Shown one piece after another: positions 1 through 13,420 of a stretch of 64,000 bases of DNA. Source of the stretch: Gemmatales bacterium (GTDB taxonomy: Bacteria; Planctomycetota; Planctomycetia; Gemmatales; HRBIN36). The translations under genes were made by a program, and so were the position numbers. Every line of letters starts with the position of its first letter. Position 1 is the stretch's first letter. The notes under the pieces were generated by a model. It saw nothing but the letters and a program-made list of their open reading frames with translations. It had not been told where the DNA came from and made no database searches. The DNA lies in the NCBI GenBank assembly GCA_041640595.1, contig JBEPZY010000005.1, positions 160,001-224,000 on the forward strand, given 5' to 3'.

Positions 1-2
1 TA

Positions 3-461
3 CAACCGTCGGAATTGCTGCAACCCGGACAGGAAGTTCGCGTCGCCATCATCAAACTCGACCGCCAGAACAAAAAAATCGGCCTGAGTCTCAAGCAAGT
101 GCAGGGTAGCCCCTGGGACACGGTCGAGGATAAGTATCCGGTCGGGACGGTGGTTACGGGCAAAGTGGTGCGCCTGGCCGAATACGGTGCCTTCGTTGAA
201 CTGGAACCGGGAGTGGAAGGTCTGGTGCACATCTCCGAATTATCGCCGCAGCGGGTACGGCGGGTAGAAGACGTGGTCAAGATCGGCGATGAGGTCCGCG
301 CTCAGGTGATCAAGGTGGACCGGGTGGCTCGACGGATTTCCCTCTCTTTGAAAGCGGTGCAGGTGGCCGAGGAAGAAGAGCTGGCTCCACGCTGGGCAGA
401 AAGCCGACGGGGCCCAGCCACCTCAACTCGACGCCGACCGCTCAAGGGTGGCCTCGACTGA
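3..461 (+). CDS. rpsA: 30S ribosomal protein S1, C-terminal part (5' truncated by window edge)
   Basis: Tandem S1 domains ([34 protein letters not shown]) and an LKGGLD C-terminus. Confidence 0.9.
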   Translation, partial: QPSELLQPGQEVRVAIIKLDRQNKKIGLSLKQVQGSPWDTVEDKYPVGTVVTGKVVRLAEYGAFVELEPGVEGLVHISELSPQRVRRVEDVVKIGDEVRAQVIKVDRVARRISLSLKAVQVAEEEELAPRWAESRRGPATSTRRRPLKGGLD

Positions 462-523
462 AAATCGTTGTGCCGGGCTCGCACATCGCTGCACACCAGG
501 ACGTCAGGACTGAGTAACCGCAC

Positions 524-3500
524 TTAGCGTCCTCCTATCCGATCCGCCGGAACCTGGCGGATTCGCCTTTCGGGATCGTGGAATCGCAGGTAAACTTCGC
601 CCGGCCGATCGCGGCAAACCGCTTCGAGTAGAACGCGATGGCGTCCCGGTTCTAACGTTACGGTCACGCTGGACTCATCCTGAGTCAACTGCCCCGTCGG
701 TTTATCCTTGTGCAGGATTAGTTTACCGTCAAGCCAGATACGCAACCCCAAGTCACTAATCAGGCGTAACTCCGTCGAAACCTTATCGGCCGTTTCCAGC
801 TCGCTATAGATGTAGGTCACATCATGACCGGCCAGATCGTATTTAGCAGGCGGAATTACGATACGTCCACCCGGTCCGATAGCGGGAGCTTGCCAGGAAA
901 GCTTAGGGGTCTTAATGGGACTCGTTTCCGACCGCAGCCAGTTCTCTAACCGTTCTGGATCAGGTCGCACCGGGCCACACAAAAGTACCTCGGTAAGATG
1001 CGGTTGAGCCAGCAGGTAACTAATCAAGTCGCGGAATTCCTGTTCGCTTATATTCTGGTCTAAGTTTTCAGGCATCAAGGAGCGCATTTCGATTTTCATT
1101 TCCTCGATGTTAGTCCGCGGCACGGTTTCCAGGACGTTATTTTCCCGACGGATGGTAACAGATTGATTATCTTCGGCTGCCAGCAATCCGGTCAGCACTT
1201 TGCCATCTTTAGTCAGAATAAGTCTGGTGAAATATGGCTGACCGACTACCCGATTGGGATCCAGGATGTTAGTCAACAAATAGTCCAGGCTGCGCTCGGC
1301 CCCATCTAGGTCTGGTCCTACCTCGTGTCCCTGTCCGCGAAAACGGTGACATTGCGCGCACTGCTTTTCGTAAACCTGTCGCCCACGTTCAGGGTTTCCC
1401 CGACCACTATACATCGCCAGCCGATATTTTTCGATCTTCTTCTGAATCTCCGCGGGTGTTTCCTGGACTCGCCCCCATACTTTTTCCAGCAACTGGTTTA
1501 GCTCCTTATCGTTGAAAGCACGAATAGCCAGCACCGTGTTGCTGTTAAGTTCCGTCGCGGGGATCTCTTTGCGAGCGATTGCCTCTAATAATGCCTGTGC
1601 CCAGACTTTCCGTCTTTGCAAGGTCTTGATTATCTCGCTGCGGACTGCCGGCGAGAGTTGCTTCCAGGAAGCCAGTAACCAGGAGGCGATTTCCGGTTGC
1701 TCATAGTTGCCCAGTGTACGCAATAGTGCCAGGCGCATAACGTCAGATGCAGCTTTTTCCCAGTGTTGCTTAAGCAGCGCTAACGCTTCGGGTGGACAAG
1801 TTAGCGATATATCTTCCAGTGCTCGCAGCAGTTCTTCGGTGCTGGCTTGTGGGTTACCCAGGACTTTCAAGGCGGCCGCTATACTTGCCGGATCGCGGAA
1901 GGTGATACCAATTTCGCGTCGGATTCGCATAAGTTCACTGTCGCCGGACCTGGTAAGCTCGGCAGCTAACGCTGGCCAGTTCTTTGGCGGCTGAATGTTG
2001 CGGTTGCGAATACCCTCCAGGACCCCGGCCAGCGCTGCCCGCCGCACTTCCAGTGAGGAACACTGCATTGCAAAGTCAAAGCATACCGGTAACCATTTGC
2101 CTATATCTTCCGCCAGCAATCGTCGCATAGTGCGAGGTACTATATCGCGCACCAATATAGGACTGCCTTTCGCATACTGGCCGAGCCAGGCTAATAAAGC
2201 ATCTAAGTCGGAGGGTAATTTTTGCTCTGATGCCCGTAGGATTTCGCTGAGGCGTGCTTCCCAGGCTAACCAGAGCAGAAATGGGATCACGGAGTCGGTT
2301 GCATCTTCTTTACGTAAGCACAGCGATTGCAAAGCGGATAGACTCGCAGGATGGCGAATGCGTCGCAGTGCGCAGGCAATTTCCAGGCGTACACGAGCAT
2401 CAGGCTCATGATTAGCTAAATCGGCGAGCACCTTGAGGTCCGCGTCCGTCCATTCGGATTGTTCGCCTAGAAATCGCACCGCCCAGGCGCGGACTGCCGC
2501 ATAGGGATGCGCGGACAACCGGTGCTTGGTAGAGGAATCCAGTGAGCCGATCTGATAAAGTGCCCACAGCGCCCGTAAACTATGCGTGCCGTTATTAGTC
2601 TGCAGGGCTTGCTGGCGGAGAAAACTTAGGGTTTGCGAATCGCTCAGTGGTGCGCGTTCGGCTAACAATCGCAGGGCGGTTCGGTAACGATAGGGATAAT
2701 CATCATAAACAGCGATTTCGGCCAGCTGGCGTACTGGAAGTGTAGATAGGTCTTTAGCGCGTCGTGGCTTGAGTCCCTTTGGTGCGAGACGGTAAATGCG
2801 GCCGCGACTATAGTCCCAGCTGTCCGGGTGAGCCTGATGGCAGGGGTTCTGATCGTGCCAGTCAATCCAGTAAATACTCCCATCGGGAGCCCAGCGTAGA
2901 TTGATAGGCCTGACATTCCGGTCGCCCGAGACAACCAGGTCGGGGGCATGGGAAGCTATAAACGTCGAGCCGTTGCGACGCAGGATGTCGCGTTTAATAC
3001 TCGAACCGTGGATGCTTCCCATAAGCAGACTGCCTCGGTAATTTTGGGGCACTGTGGGCCCATCTAAATAAAGCAAACCGGCATGGGCCCAGCCGCTTTC
3101 CTGATGGTGGAGATGATCGCTAATCTCCCGCAACTGACCATAAGCATAAGGATGATAGCTGGGTTTATGGCTTTGTTTGATATATATACCACCGGGCACT
3201 ATATGAAATAGATGGGGAATTACGCAGCAAACTAAGAAACAGTTGCCTTCGGAATCAAAATCCATGCCCCAGGGGTTGCTGGTACCTTCGGCGAAAACCT
3301 CGAAGCGTTTGCTGCGGACATCATAACGCCAGACGGCAGCATCTAAGCGCTGGCCCTGTACTTCGGACGTAGTAAAGACGCCATGCAGACCGTATAGCCG
3401 GCCGTCCGGCCCCCATTGAAACGTATTGAGTGTTTCGTGTGTGTCCTGGCTGCCAAAGCCCCGCAAGAGGATTTCATAGTGATCGCACCGGCCATCTTGA

Positions 3501-3982
3501 TTCCGATCCTGCAGGAAGAAAAGATAAGGTGGTGCGCCGAGAAACACCCCGCCATAGCCGACTTCTAAACCGCTGGCCAGATCAAAGCGCACTGGGAAAT
3601 CTTTACCCTCCGCCCAGATGGTGACTTTGTCTGCCCGACCGTCGCCATCGGTGTCTTCTAAGATCTTGATACGGTCGCGCGGCATTCTGCCAGGGGGTGT
3701 ACGCTTGGGATATTCGTAACATTCGAGCACCCAGACGCGGCCACGCTCATCTATAGTGAAGGCGATAGGATTGATGACGTCCGGTTCGGCTGCGAATAAG
3801 GTAACCTCCCATTCGGGGGCGAGGCGAAACCGCCGGACGGTTTCCTCGGCCTCGAGATAGGCTTGTCCGGTGGGCTTGCGGTTATCGAAACCGAACTCTC
3901 TCTGCGACCAGCTTAGTGCCGGCAGGAGACCGAGAAGAAGCAGGCTATATCGGATGGATCGGCTCACGAGTGCATCTCCCAA
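524..3982 (-). CDS. PVC-type heme-binding CxxCH protein (membrane-bound dehydrogenase-like beta-propeller, HEAT repeats, cytochrome c)
   Basis: Signal peptide, FAAEPDVINPIAFTIDERGRVWV, DTDGDGRAD, CAQCH heme motif, GPDL, SLMPE. Confidence 0.85.
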   Translation of the reverse strand: MGDALVSRSIRYSLLLLGLLPALSWSQREFGFDNRKPTGQAYLEAEETVRRFRLAPEWEVTLFAAEPDVINPIAFTIDERGRVWVLECYEYPKRTPPGRMPRDRIKILEDTDGDGRADKVTIWAEGKDFPVRFDLASGLEVGYGGVFLGAPPYLFFLQDRNQDGRCDHYEILLRGFGSQDTHETLNTFQWGPDGRLYGLHGVFTTSEVQGQRLDAAVWRYDVRSKRFEVFAEGTSNPWGMDFDSEGNCFLVCCVIPHLFHIVPGGIYIKQSHKPSYHPYAYGQLREISDHLHHQESGWAHAGLLYLDGPTVPQNYRGSLLMGSIHGSSIKRDILRRNGSTFIASHAPDLVVSGDRNVRPINLRWAPDGSIYWIDWHDQNPCHQAHPDSWDYSRGRIYRLAPKGLKPRRAKDLSTLPVRQLAEIAVYDDYPYRYRTALRLLAERAPLSDSQTLSFLRQQALQTNNGTHSLRALWALYQIGSLDSSTKHRLSAHPYAAVRAWAVRFLGEQSEWTDADLKVLADLANHEPDARVRLEIACALRRIRHPASLSALQSLCLRKEDATDSVIPFLLWLAWEARLSEILRASEQKLPSDLDALLAWLGQYAKGSPILVRDIVPRTMRRLLAEDIGKWLPVCFDFAMQCSSLEVRRAALAGVLEGIRNRNIQPPKNWPALAAELTRSGDSELMRIRREIGITFRDPASIAAALKVLGNPQASTEELLRALEDISLTCPPEALALLKQHWEKAASDVMRLALLRTLGNYEQPEIASWLLASWKQLSPAVRSEIIKTLQRRKVWAQALLEAIARKEIPATELNSNTVLAIRAFNDKELNQLLEKVWGRVQETPAEIQKKIEKYRLAMYSGRGNPERGRQVYEKQCAQCHRFRGQGHEVGPDLDGAERSLDYLLTNILDPNRVVGQPYFTRLILTKDGKVLTGLLAAEDNQSVTIRRENNVLETVPRTNIEEMKIEMRSLMPENLDQNISEQEFRDLISYLLAQPHLTEVLLCGPVRPDPERLENWLRSETSPIKTPKLSWQAPAIGPGGRIVIPPAKYDLAGHDVTYIYSELETADKVSTELRLISDLGLRIWLDGKLILHKDKPTGQLTQDESSVTVTLEPGRHRVLLEAVCRDRPGEVYLRFHDPERRIRQVPADRIGGR

Positions 3983-4215
3983 GATAAGCAGCCACGAGAG
4001 CGTTAGGTGCGATCAAGAGCTCGCGATTTCCAGGCCGCCGGCTCCGCGGCTACTTGAAGAGAAAATTATAAGGTTGGCGTAGTTCCCTGCCAGAAGAGTT
4101 GAAAACAATAGAAGGGGGTTTTTCGCGTCGTCGTACGGACTGCGAGGAAAATCATCTTCCCTTTTCGTGCGCGGTGACAACTGGCCATAGGCGATGATTT
4201 TCGGAGTGCGAGTTA

Positions 4216-5238
4216 TCACATGCTGAATTCGTTCAGCACCTGGACATATTGGCTGAAGAGGCGGATGACCAGCGAGGCGATGAAGATGACGACCAGGAGC
4301 CAGACCGCTCCGGCGGCAATGCCGGCACACAGGCGGAGTCGGTCGGCGGCCTGTTCGTAGCGGTGTCGAGCGTGGCGACGCAGTGCTTCCGGTTCAGCGC
4401 CAGCGGTTTCTGCGGTGGCGAGAACAGCGAGGAATTCGTCGCTGAGCAAATGGGTCTCGGTCAGGGCTTCGGAGAGTGTTCGGCCGCGACGGGTTTGTTT
4501 GCGGATGGGTTTGGCCCAGTGCGCGTAGGCGGGATTGCCCGTAGCTTCCAGGGCCAGTTCCGCGGCTTCGTGAACGACCAGTCCCGCATCGAGGGCAACT
4601 GCCAGTGCCTGCGCCAGGCGTGCTTCGGCGAGGGCTTGTAAAGCGGCACCCAAGATGGGAACACGCAAAAGGAGCCGATGCACGGCGACGCTGTGCCGAC
4701 CGCGATGGAAAAAATACCGCAGTGCCAGATACGGGCCGATAGTGAATGCCGCGACACTGGCCAGGAAAATCACGGCCCCGGTTTCGCCTTTGAGACCAAA
4801 GACCGACATGGGACTTTTTCCGCCTACGGACTCAACGATTCCTAATAGCCAGATGAATAGTGCGAGCACTAAAACGGCGGCGATGAACTGAAACAGCGGC
4901 CAAGTAATCCGCGACCAGAACTGGCGGCGTAGTTCCAGCTGCAAAGCGAAAGCCTGCTCGAGCTCAAGCAACACTTCCGGAAGTCGGCCGGTGCGTTCGC
5001 CGACGATCACCGCGGCGGTGAAAAATGCCGGTAGCCGCGATGTCCACGACTGGAGGGCGGTTTCAAGACTTTCCCCCTGCTTGAGCTGATCGGCAACATT
5101 AGCGGCCAGAGTACGAAAAGGCGTGGGGCCTTTGTCCGCCAGTTGTTGCCAGGCTTTTGCCGACGGCACGCCAGCTTCCAGCAAATGCCGTAAACTCCGA
5201 CAAACCTGCATCAGGCTGGCTGGTGAAACCTGGCCCAC
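4216..5238 (-). CDS. Type II secretion system F / PilC family inner-membrane protein
   Basis: Two T2SSF repeats (VGERTGRLPEVL, TAETAG) separated by TM segments. Confidence 0.8.
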   Translation of the reverse strand: MGQVSPASLMQVCRSLRHLLEAGVPSAKAWQQLADKGPTPFRTLAANVADQLKQGESLETALQSWTSRLPAFFTAAVIVGERTGRLPEVLLELEQAFALQLELRRQFWSRITWPLFQFIAAVLVLALFIWLLGIVESVGGKSPMSVFGLKGETGAVIFLASVAAFTIGPYLALRYFFHRGRHSVAVHRLLLRVPILGAALQALAEARLAQALAVALDAGLVVHEAAELALEATGNPAYAHWAKPIRKQTRRGRTLSEALTETHLLSDEFLAVLATAETAGAEPEALRRHARHRYEQAADRLRLCAGIAAGAVWLLVVIFIASLVIRLFSQYVQVLNEFSM

Positions 5239-5792
5239 GCGTTGCCCCTTTCCGACCCAGGACGGTCTCGGAACTGCCTCCCGTTTGTTTGCCGTGGCGA
5301 GCTTGCGCCACCAGTTGGTATTATGGCGATTGGTAATGCACCGTGCAAGACTCCGGGGCCGGTGAAACAGCTGACCAATTAGGACAGTGGTGGACGAATT
5401 GGAGGCGAATTTTCCGGAGTCGGTGATAGGATTCTCGTTGGTTGACCGATAGCGATGTGCGGAAATGAGCTCGTTGGCTTCGGGTTACCTCATGTTTCGT
5501 GGCGACGCTGCCGAAACTATATAATTGCCGAGCGTAAGAGCGGCGTGGGAGCATGAGCAGAGCTCGGTGCTGGCCGCTGGAAAAATTTTGAATGGGGGGG
5601 GGGCTTGACGGCAGCAAATTTTTTCGCATAACATACTATCCCCGCTGGGGCGGACGACCGGCAACAGGAAAGGTGCCTGCGGGGTGCTGGCCACTTGACA
5701 GCCTGCCTATATAATGAGCGTGCCGGACAACGAAAGCAGGGAGGCGACTGAAGAAGCCATCATCAACGGCTGTCACCTGAACGTAGTCGTGA

Positions 5793-5801
5793 TGGTATAA
5801 T
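5793..5801 (+). promoter_or_regulatory. Candidate extended -10 promoter of the 23S-5S unit
   Basis: TGgTATAAT about 420 nt upstream of the 23S. Another candidate is TTGACG(5605)-18-TAACAT. Confidence 0.45.
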
Positions 5802-5932
5802 AACGGTTGGCGATGACAGTGAGCACGAATCGCGGCGGCAATGTCGCCTCGATTCCTGCCCACTGGGCAGAACGCGACCGAGGGCAGGAGGCCTGATAGA
5901 TGGCTAACTGCCTGCCATCGGGAAGCGGGCTA

Positions 5933-5943
5933 GCTCTTTGACA
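5933..5943 (+). promoter_or_regulatory. rRNA antitermination boxA
   Basis: GCTCTTTGACA matches the boxA consensus GCTCTTTAACA and lies in the 23S leader. Confidence 0.75.
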
Positions 5944-6334
5944 ATCCGGAGAAAGCGGCAGCGAAAGAGGGTTGCATCTTCACGGAGACGGCTCCGGTCG
6001 GCGTGTGCCGGCGGAGTATCTGCGTGAAGTAGCAGCCGAGTGTCTCGAGCGCGTCTGGGTCGTTACTCGGAAGTTGCCTGTAACCCGTGCAGGCAACGTC
6101 GGGTAGCTGGCAACCATCCGCAAGGATGGTCGTCCTCGCCGGTGAGGCCAGCGCAGAGCGAAGCGGTCGATAATTCGGCCGTGAAAATGCGTTGGCAAGC
6201 CGAGAGTGGGACGGATGCGGCCAAGCTACTAAGGGCGCGTGGGGGATGCCTAGGCGCCAGGAGCAAGGGCGTGGCAGGCTGCGATAAGCCCGGGGGAGCC
6301 GCCAAGCAGGCTTTGATCCCGGGATTCCCTAACC

Positions 6335-6370
<36 letters not shown>

Positions 6371-7527
6371 AAAGAAAGCAAAAGCGATTCCCTGAGTAGC
6401 GGCGAGCGAAAGGGGAACAGCCCAAACCATCAGGATTCGTCCTGGTGGGGTTGTAGGGCCGGGCTGCCTTCAATGGCAGGGAGTTACCAAACCAACTCCT
6501 AGCAGAACACTGCTGGAAAGCAGGACCACAGAGGGTGATAGTCCCGTACGCAAAAGGAGTTGGTCTCCCGTCCGGTACCTGAGTAGCGCCCGTCACGTGA
6601 AAGCGGGCGTGAATCTGCGGGGCCCATCCCGTAAGGCTAAATACTCCCTGGCGACCGATAGTGAACCAGTAGCGCGAGCGAACGGTGGAAAGAACCCCTA
6701 TGAGGGGAGGCATTGAACCTGAAACCACGCGGCCTACAAGCGGTCGGAGGGCTATGCCTCCGGGCAACCGGAGGAAGGCCTGACGGCGTACCTTTTGCAT
6801 AATGGTCCGGCGAGTTACCGTCGTCGGCAAGGCTAAGCCGCTCAGCGGCGGAGCCGGAGCGAAAGCGAGTCTGAATAGGGCGCTAAGTCGGCGGCGGTAG
6901 ACGCGAAACCGGGTGATCTACGCACGGCCAGGCTGAAGTGGGGGTAACACCCCATGGAGGGCCGAACCCACCAGGGTTGAAAACCTGGGGGATGAGCTGT
7001 GCGGAGGAGCAAAAAACTAATCGAACCCGGAGATAGCTCGTTCTCCCCGAAATGCCTTTAGGGGCAGCGTCGCCAAGTGGTACACGGGGGTAGAGCCACT
7101 GAATTCGATAGGGGGCCCACCAGGCTACCCTTCGAAACCAAACTCCGAATACCGTGTACCAGCAACGGCAGTGAGTCCGTGGGGGATAAGCTTCACGGTC
7201 GAGAGGGGAAGAACCCAGACCGCCTGCTAAGGCCCCCAAGTCCATGCTCAGTGCGAAAGGAAGTGGGACTCCGATGACAGCCAGGATGTTGGCTTAGAAG
7301 CAGCCACCATTTAAAAAGTGCGTAATAGCTTACTGGTCGAGGAGTCCTGCGCCGATAATGAACGGGACTAAGCATGGCGCCGAAGCAGCGGGAGTCGGCG
7401 TTAGCCGACTCGGTAGGGGAGCGTCGCACGTGCCTGCGAAGGGAGACGGATAACGACTCCTGGAGGTCGTGCGAGTGACTATGCCGGAACGAGTAACGAT
7501 AAAACGGGTGAGAATCCCGTTCGCCGA

Positions 7528-7574
<47 letters not shown>

Positions 7575-8066
7575 CCCCTAAGGCGAGGCCGAAAGGCGTA
7601 GCCGATGGACAGCAGGTTAATATTCCTGCGCCACTCCAGGGGACAAACCCAGCGACGCTGTGGGGAAGGGGTACGCACAGCTAGAGCGTGCGGGCCGCTT
7701 CGGCGGCGGAGGCCCTGGATGCCGAACTCCCTGGAACCGCAGCCAAGAAAAACCTGGGGGCGGTTGAACCTGGAGTGACCGTACTAAAACCGACACAGGT
7801 AGGCGGGATGAGGATTCTCAGGCGCTCGAGAGAACGCTCGTGAAGGAACTCTGCAAGTTGACCCCGTAACTTCGGGAGAAGGGGTGCCCCGGTAGGTTGT
7901 AGGCCAAAAGCCGAAGGCCGAGGGGGCCGCAGAGAATAGGCTCTCGCGACTGTTTACTAAAAACACAGGTCGCTGCGAACTCGTAAGAGGACGTATAGCG
8001 ACTGACGCCTGCCCGGTGCCGGTCAGTCAAGGAAGCGGGTTAGCCTCGAAAGGGGCGAAGCTCGCG

Positions 8067-9054
<988 letters not shown>

Positions 9055-9061
9055 AGCGAAG

Positions 9062-9105
<44 letters not shown>

Positions 9106-9546
9106 GGGAGCACTGTCTCCACGAGCGACTCGGTGAAACTGTAGTCGAAGTGAAGATGCTTCGTACCCGCAGCTAGACGGAAAGACCCCGTGAACCTTTA
9201 CTGCAGCCTAGTATTGGGCTTAGGCCCAGCATGCGTAGCGTAGGTGGGAGGCGTTGAACCGGCTACTCCGGTAGCCGGGGAGCCGTCACTGAAACACCAC
9301 CCTTGCTGTGCTTGAGTTCTAACTCCGTGCCGTCAGCCGGGCGGAGGACAGTGCTAGGTGGGCAGTTTGACTGGGGCGGTCTCCTCCTAAAAGGTAACGG
9401 AGGAGTCCAAAGGTCCGCTCAACCCGGTTGGCAATCGGGTGGTGAGCGCAAGGGTAGAAGCGGGCTTGACTGCGAGACCTACAAGTCGAGCAGGGACGAA
9501 AGTCGGGCCTAGTGATCCGGCGGTCCCGGATGGAAGGGCCGTCGCC

Positions 9547-9589
<43 letters not shown>

Positions 9590-9602
9590 TGAGCGTCCAC
9601 AG

Positions 9603-10498
<896 letters not shown>

Positions 10499-10558
10499 CA
10501 TCGCATCCTGGGGGTGGAGAAGCTCCCAAGGGTTCGGCTGTTCGCCGATGAAAGCGGT

Positions 10559-10596
<38 letters not shown>

Positions 10597-11167
10597 CCCT
10601 ATCTGCTGCGGGCGGAGGAGACTTGAGGGGAGCTCTCCCTAGTACGAGAGGATTGGGAGGGACGCACCTCTGGTGTGCCTGTTGTCGCGCTAGCGGCACG
10701 GCAGGGTAGCCACGTGCGGCAGGGATAAACGCTGAAAGCATATAAGCGTGAAGCCCACCCCAAGATGAGGTCTCCTTGGGCGCAAGCCCTGAAGGCCCCT
10801 CGTAGACTACGAGGTTGATAGGCCGGGTGTGTAAGCGCAGCAATGCGCTGAGCTAACCGGTACTAATGGCCGAGCGCTTGGCCGCATCCGTCTTGCTCTC
10901 TGCTTGTCTGACGCTAGGAGTACGTCCTCGGACGGACCATCCGTCAGACAGCGAGGCGACGGTTGTCAGAGCCGACGCGTTCGTACACATCGGCTGCGCA
11001 ACCCTTGTGCCCTGAGCCGTCAGGGCGGCTGTCTGCTTTCCTTCGGATTGTCGGGATCGTGATAACTACCCGATACCCGATCTCGCAACCAGCCGAACCC
11101 AGGCACGTGCTTCTATTCGTGGCCTGGAAGAGGTGAATCGAGTCGGGTGATCGGTAAAAGCAGCCTA

Positions 11168-11276
11168 CCCGGTGACCATACCTGGGGGGAAACACCCGTT
11201 CCCATTCCGAACACGGCCGTTAAGCCCCCAGGGCCGATGATAGTGGCTACTGCCGCGAAAGTAGGTTATCGCCGGG
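11168..11276 (+). rRNA. rrf: 5S rRNA
   Basis: CCCGGTGACCATA...ACACCCGTTCCCATTCCGAACACGG..GTTAAGC...GTAGGTTATCGCCGGG. Confidence 0.95.
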
Positions 11277-11290
11277 TACTCGAATTTGGG

Positions 11291-11324
11291 AACCGGCCTC
11301 CGCTTTGGAGGCCGGTTTTCTTTT
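11291..11324 (+). terminator. Rho-independent terminator of the rRNA unit
   Basis: AACCGGCCTCC-gcttt-GGAGGCCGGTT followed by a T-rich tract. Confidence 0.85.
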
Positions 11325-11579
11325 AGTTGTGAGTTTCCGACCGTAAGGCTTGGCTGCCAAAGACCTTGCATCGCTATTGGCGTTGCATAGCCCGTTCCAT
11401 GCCCCAAAATTTTTGTCATTAGTGCGCGGGTTGCGTCGTATATCCGTTCGGAGGACGAGATCAAGGTCCGGGCGAACGGCAAACGCTAAGGATGGTGCTT
11501 GCCCGCCCAAAACGGGAAGCCAAGCATGGCCGACTTCCGGAACTTTGTCAACCGAGATGCGGAGTGGGCACGGTTTCTC

Positions 11580-12470
11580 ATGCACCGTCGAGACTTTCTC
11601 CGGCTGGCAGCCTATGCAGGAGCTGGTCTCATCGTGTCTCCCTTCTCGTATTTGACCTCAATGGCAGAGGAACAGGTTTCACCGGGCAAGTTTGCTTTCG
11701 ACACGCTGCAAGAACGCTGGGGCCCCGAACGACTGAACCGGTTCCTGGAACTGATCACGGACGAAGACCGCCTGAATTTGAAGAAGAGTTTGCAGCTGCT
11801 CAAACCGGAGGCGACCGTGAGTCAGTTGCGCGGCAAAAACGCTGACATCAACGACATTCTGACGCAGCTGTTATGGGTTTCCAGCCACTGGCTGCCCTAT
11901 TTGTGGCGAGATGAGTGGAGCATTGATTATCACGGCACCGTGTGCTGGTGTGCAGGCAAGCTGAAACTGCCAAAGCAAGACATCCAGACGCTGCCCACGT
12001 TCGCCCTGGAACGCAAAATTCTGGAGCAACTGTTCATCCAGATGTGGGACAAGTTGCCGCCGAAGGAACGCGAAAAACTTCTGTGCCAGCTCGATAAAAA
12101 TGGTTGCATCCAGGACAAGGCGGCAATCGCGGCGTTGAGCGGTGCTGCTGCACTGACGGCTTTATCCACGACGGTAATCCTGAGCGGGTTCGCGTTTTAC
12201 ACGACTATGTCCAGCTTGATCTGTGCTGTTGCGGGATTTTTCGGCATCACGCTGCCGTTCGGTGTGTACACGACAGCCAGCTCCACTGTTGCGCTGCTTG
12301 CTGGCCCCGTAGGCTGGGTCTTAGCGGCGATTCTGGCAGCGATCGGACTGGCATTGATCGGTCGCGCTAACGTTCAGAAAACGGTTCCTTTCGTGGTGAC
12401 CCTGCATTGCATCAAAGCCGAACACATGAAAAACGCCGGCTACAAGGAAAAGGACATCTTCGGCAAGTAG
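11580..12470 (+). CDS. YaaW/DUF3944-like protein with twin-arginine signal
   Basis: MHRRDFLRLAA signal; IDYHGTVCWCAGKLK, LERKIL..LF..MWDKL, and a Gly/Ala-rich hydrophobic C-terminus LAGPVGW. Start chosen at the Tat Met (ORF track starts at 11499). Confidence 0.6.
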   Translation: MHRRDFLRLAAYAGAGLIVSPFSYLTSMAEEQVSPGKFAFDTLQERWGPERLNRFLELITDEDRLNLKKSLQLLKPEATVSQLRGKNADINDILTQLLWVSSHWLPYLWRDEWSIDYHGTVCWCAGKLKLPKQDIQTLPTFALERKILEQLFIQMWDKLPPKEREKLLCQLDKNGCIQDKAAIAALSGAAALTALSTTVILSGFAFYTTMSSLICAVAGFFGITLPFGVYTTASSTVALLAGPVGWVLAAILAAIGLALIGRANVQKTVPFVVTLHCIKAEHMKNAGYKEKDIFGK

Positions 12471-12484
12471 AGGAGAGGACATCC

Positions 12485-13420
12485 ATGGTAACTGCAACGC
12501 TATCCCGACGCAGGTTTCTGTGGAAGGCTGGCGCAACGCTTTCTGGACTTGTCGCCGCGCCGTCGCTTCTGCTCGCCCAGCAAAACCGGCAAAATGCCGC
12601 CCAGTTCGCCCTGCAATACCGCGATGCACACTGGCAAGCCTGGCACCTCAATCAGTTCCTCGACCTCATTTCCGACCAGGACCGCTGGGCACTCAAACTA
12701 AGCCTGGGTCTGGAAGGCAACAAAACCAAAGGCCGATTGCGGGGCCATGCCGCCGACATTGACGACATTCTCGAAGAACTGCTGTGGCATACCAGCCACG
12801 TGTGCTGCTACTGGTTCCGGGACGAATGGAGCATCGCCTACCATCGGGACGTAGTAGTCTGGTGCGCTGACGTGCTGCGGCCGGTTTTGGGGATATCGAA
12901 AGTTGACGCTGAACTTCCCACCTTTGTTCTGGAGCACGAGTTGCTGGTGCGGGTTTTGCTTCGGCTGTGGGACTTACTCAGCGAGGAGCAGCAAAATGCT
13001 TTGCTGAACGGACTCAACCTCAATGACCCCAAAACCCGTGCAGAACACGCTGCGCAACAGGGAGCGATCGCTGCAAAGGCAGTTCAGGAGCTGCAAAATC
13101 ATAAGCTGATCAAGTTTGCTCCAGCAGTAGAAAAACTGGCAAAGTTGCTGGGCGTCCTTCCCGGAGCCAGCATCGTGTTGATCATGGTGGAGATTGGTGA
13201 GCGTTTATTGCAGGCAACCACGTCGCCACCTCAATTGCCACCGGTCGGAGACATTCTCAAGAGGCTCGTAAAAGTGCTGCAACGGGCTTTGAAATTGTTG
13301 GCTCTGGGCAGCGCGAGTGCAACACGGACATTGCCATTTATCTTGACCCTGCATTGCATCAAAATCGAACACCAGCTGCGCGCCGGCATTGCGAAGGCCC
13401 AAATTTTTCCGCAAGGGTGA
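12485..13420 (+). CDS. Paralog of the preceding YaaW-like protein, twin-arginine signal
   Basis: AGGAGAGG SD, SRRRFL. Shared motifs RDEWSIxYH, LPTFxLE, PFxxTLHCIK. Confidence 0.6.
   Translation: MVTATLSRRRFLWKAGATLSGLVAAPSLLLAQQNRQNAAQFALQYRDAHWQAWHLNQFLDLISDQDRWALKLSLGLEGNKTKGRLRGHAADIDDILEELLWHTSHVCCYWFRDEWSIAYHRDVVVWCADVLRPVLGISKVDAELPTFVLEHELLVRVLLRLWDLLSEEQQNALLNGLNLNDPKTRAEHAAQQGAIAAKAVQELQNHKLIKFAPAVEKLAKLLGVLPGASIVLIMVEIGERLLQATTSPPQLPPVGDILKRLVKVLQRALKLLALGSASATRTLPFILTLHCIKIEHQLRAGIAKAQIFPQG

Noticed and set aside
5695..5715. Perfect TTGACA and TATAAT hexamers
   Set aside because: Only 9 bp apart, so they cannot form one sigma70 promoter
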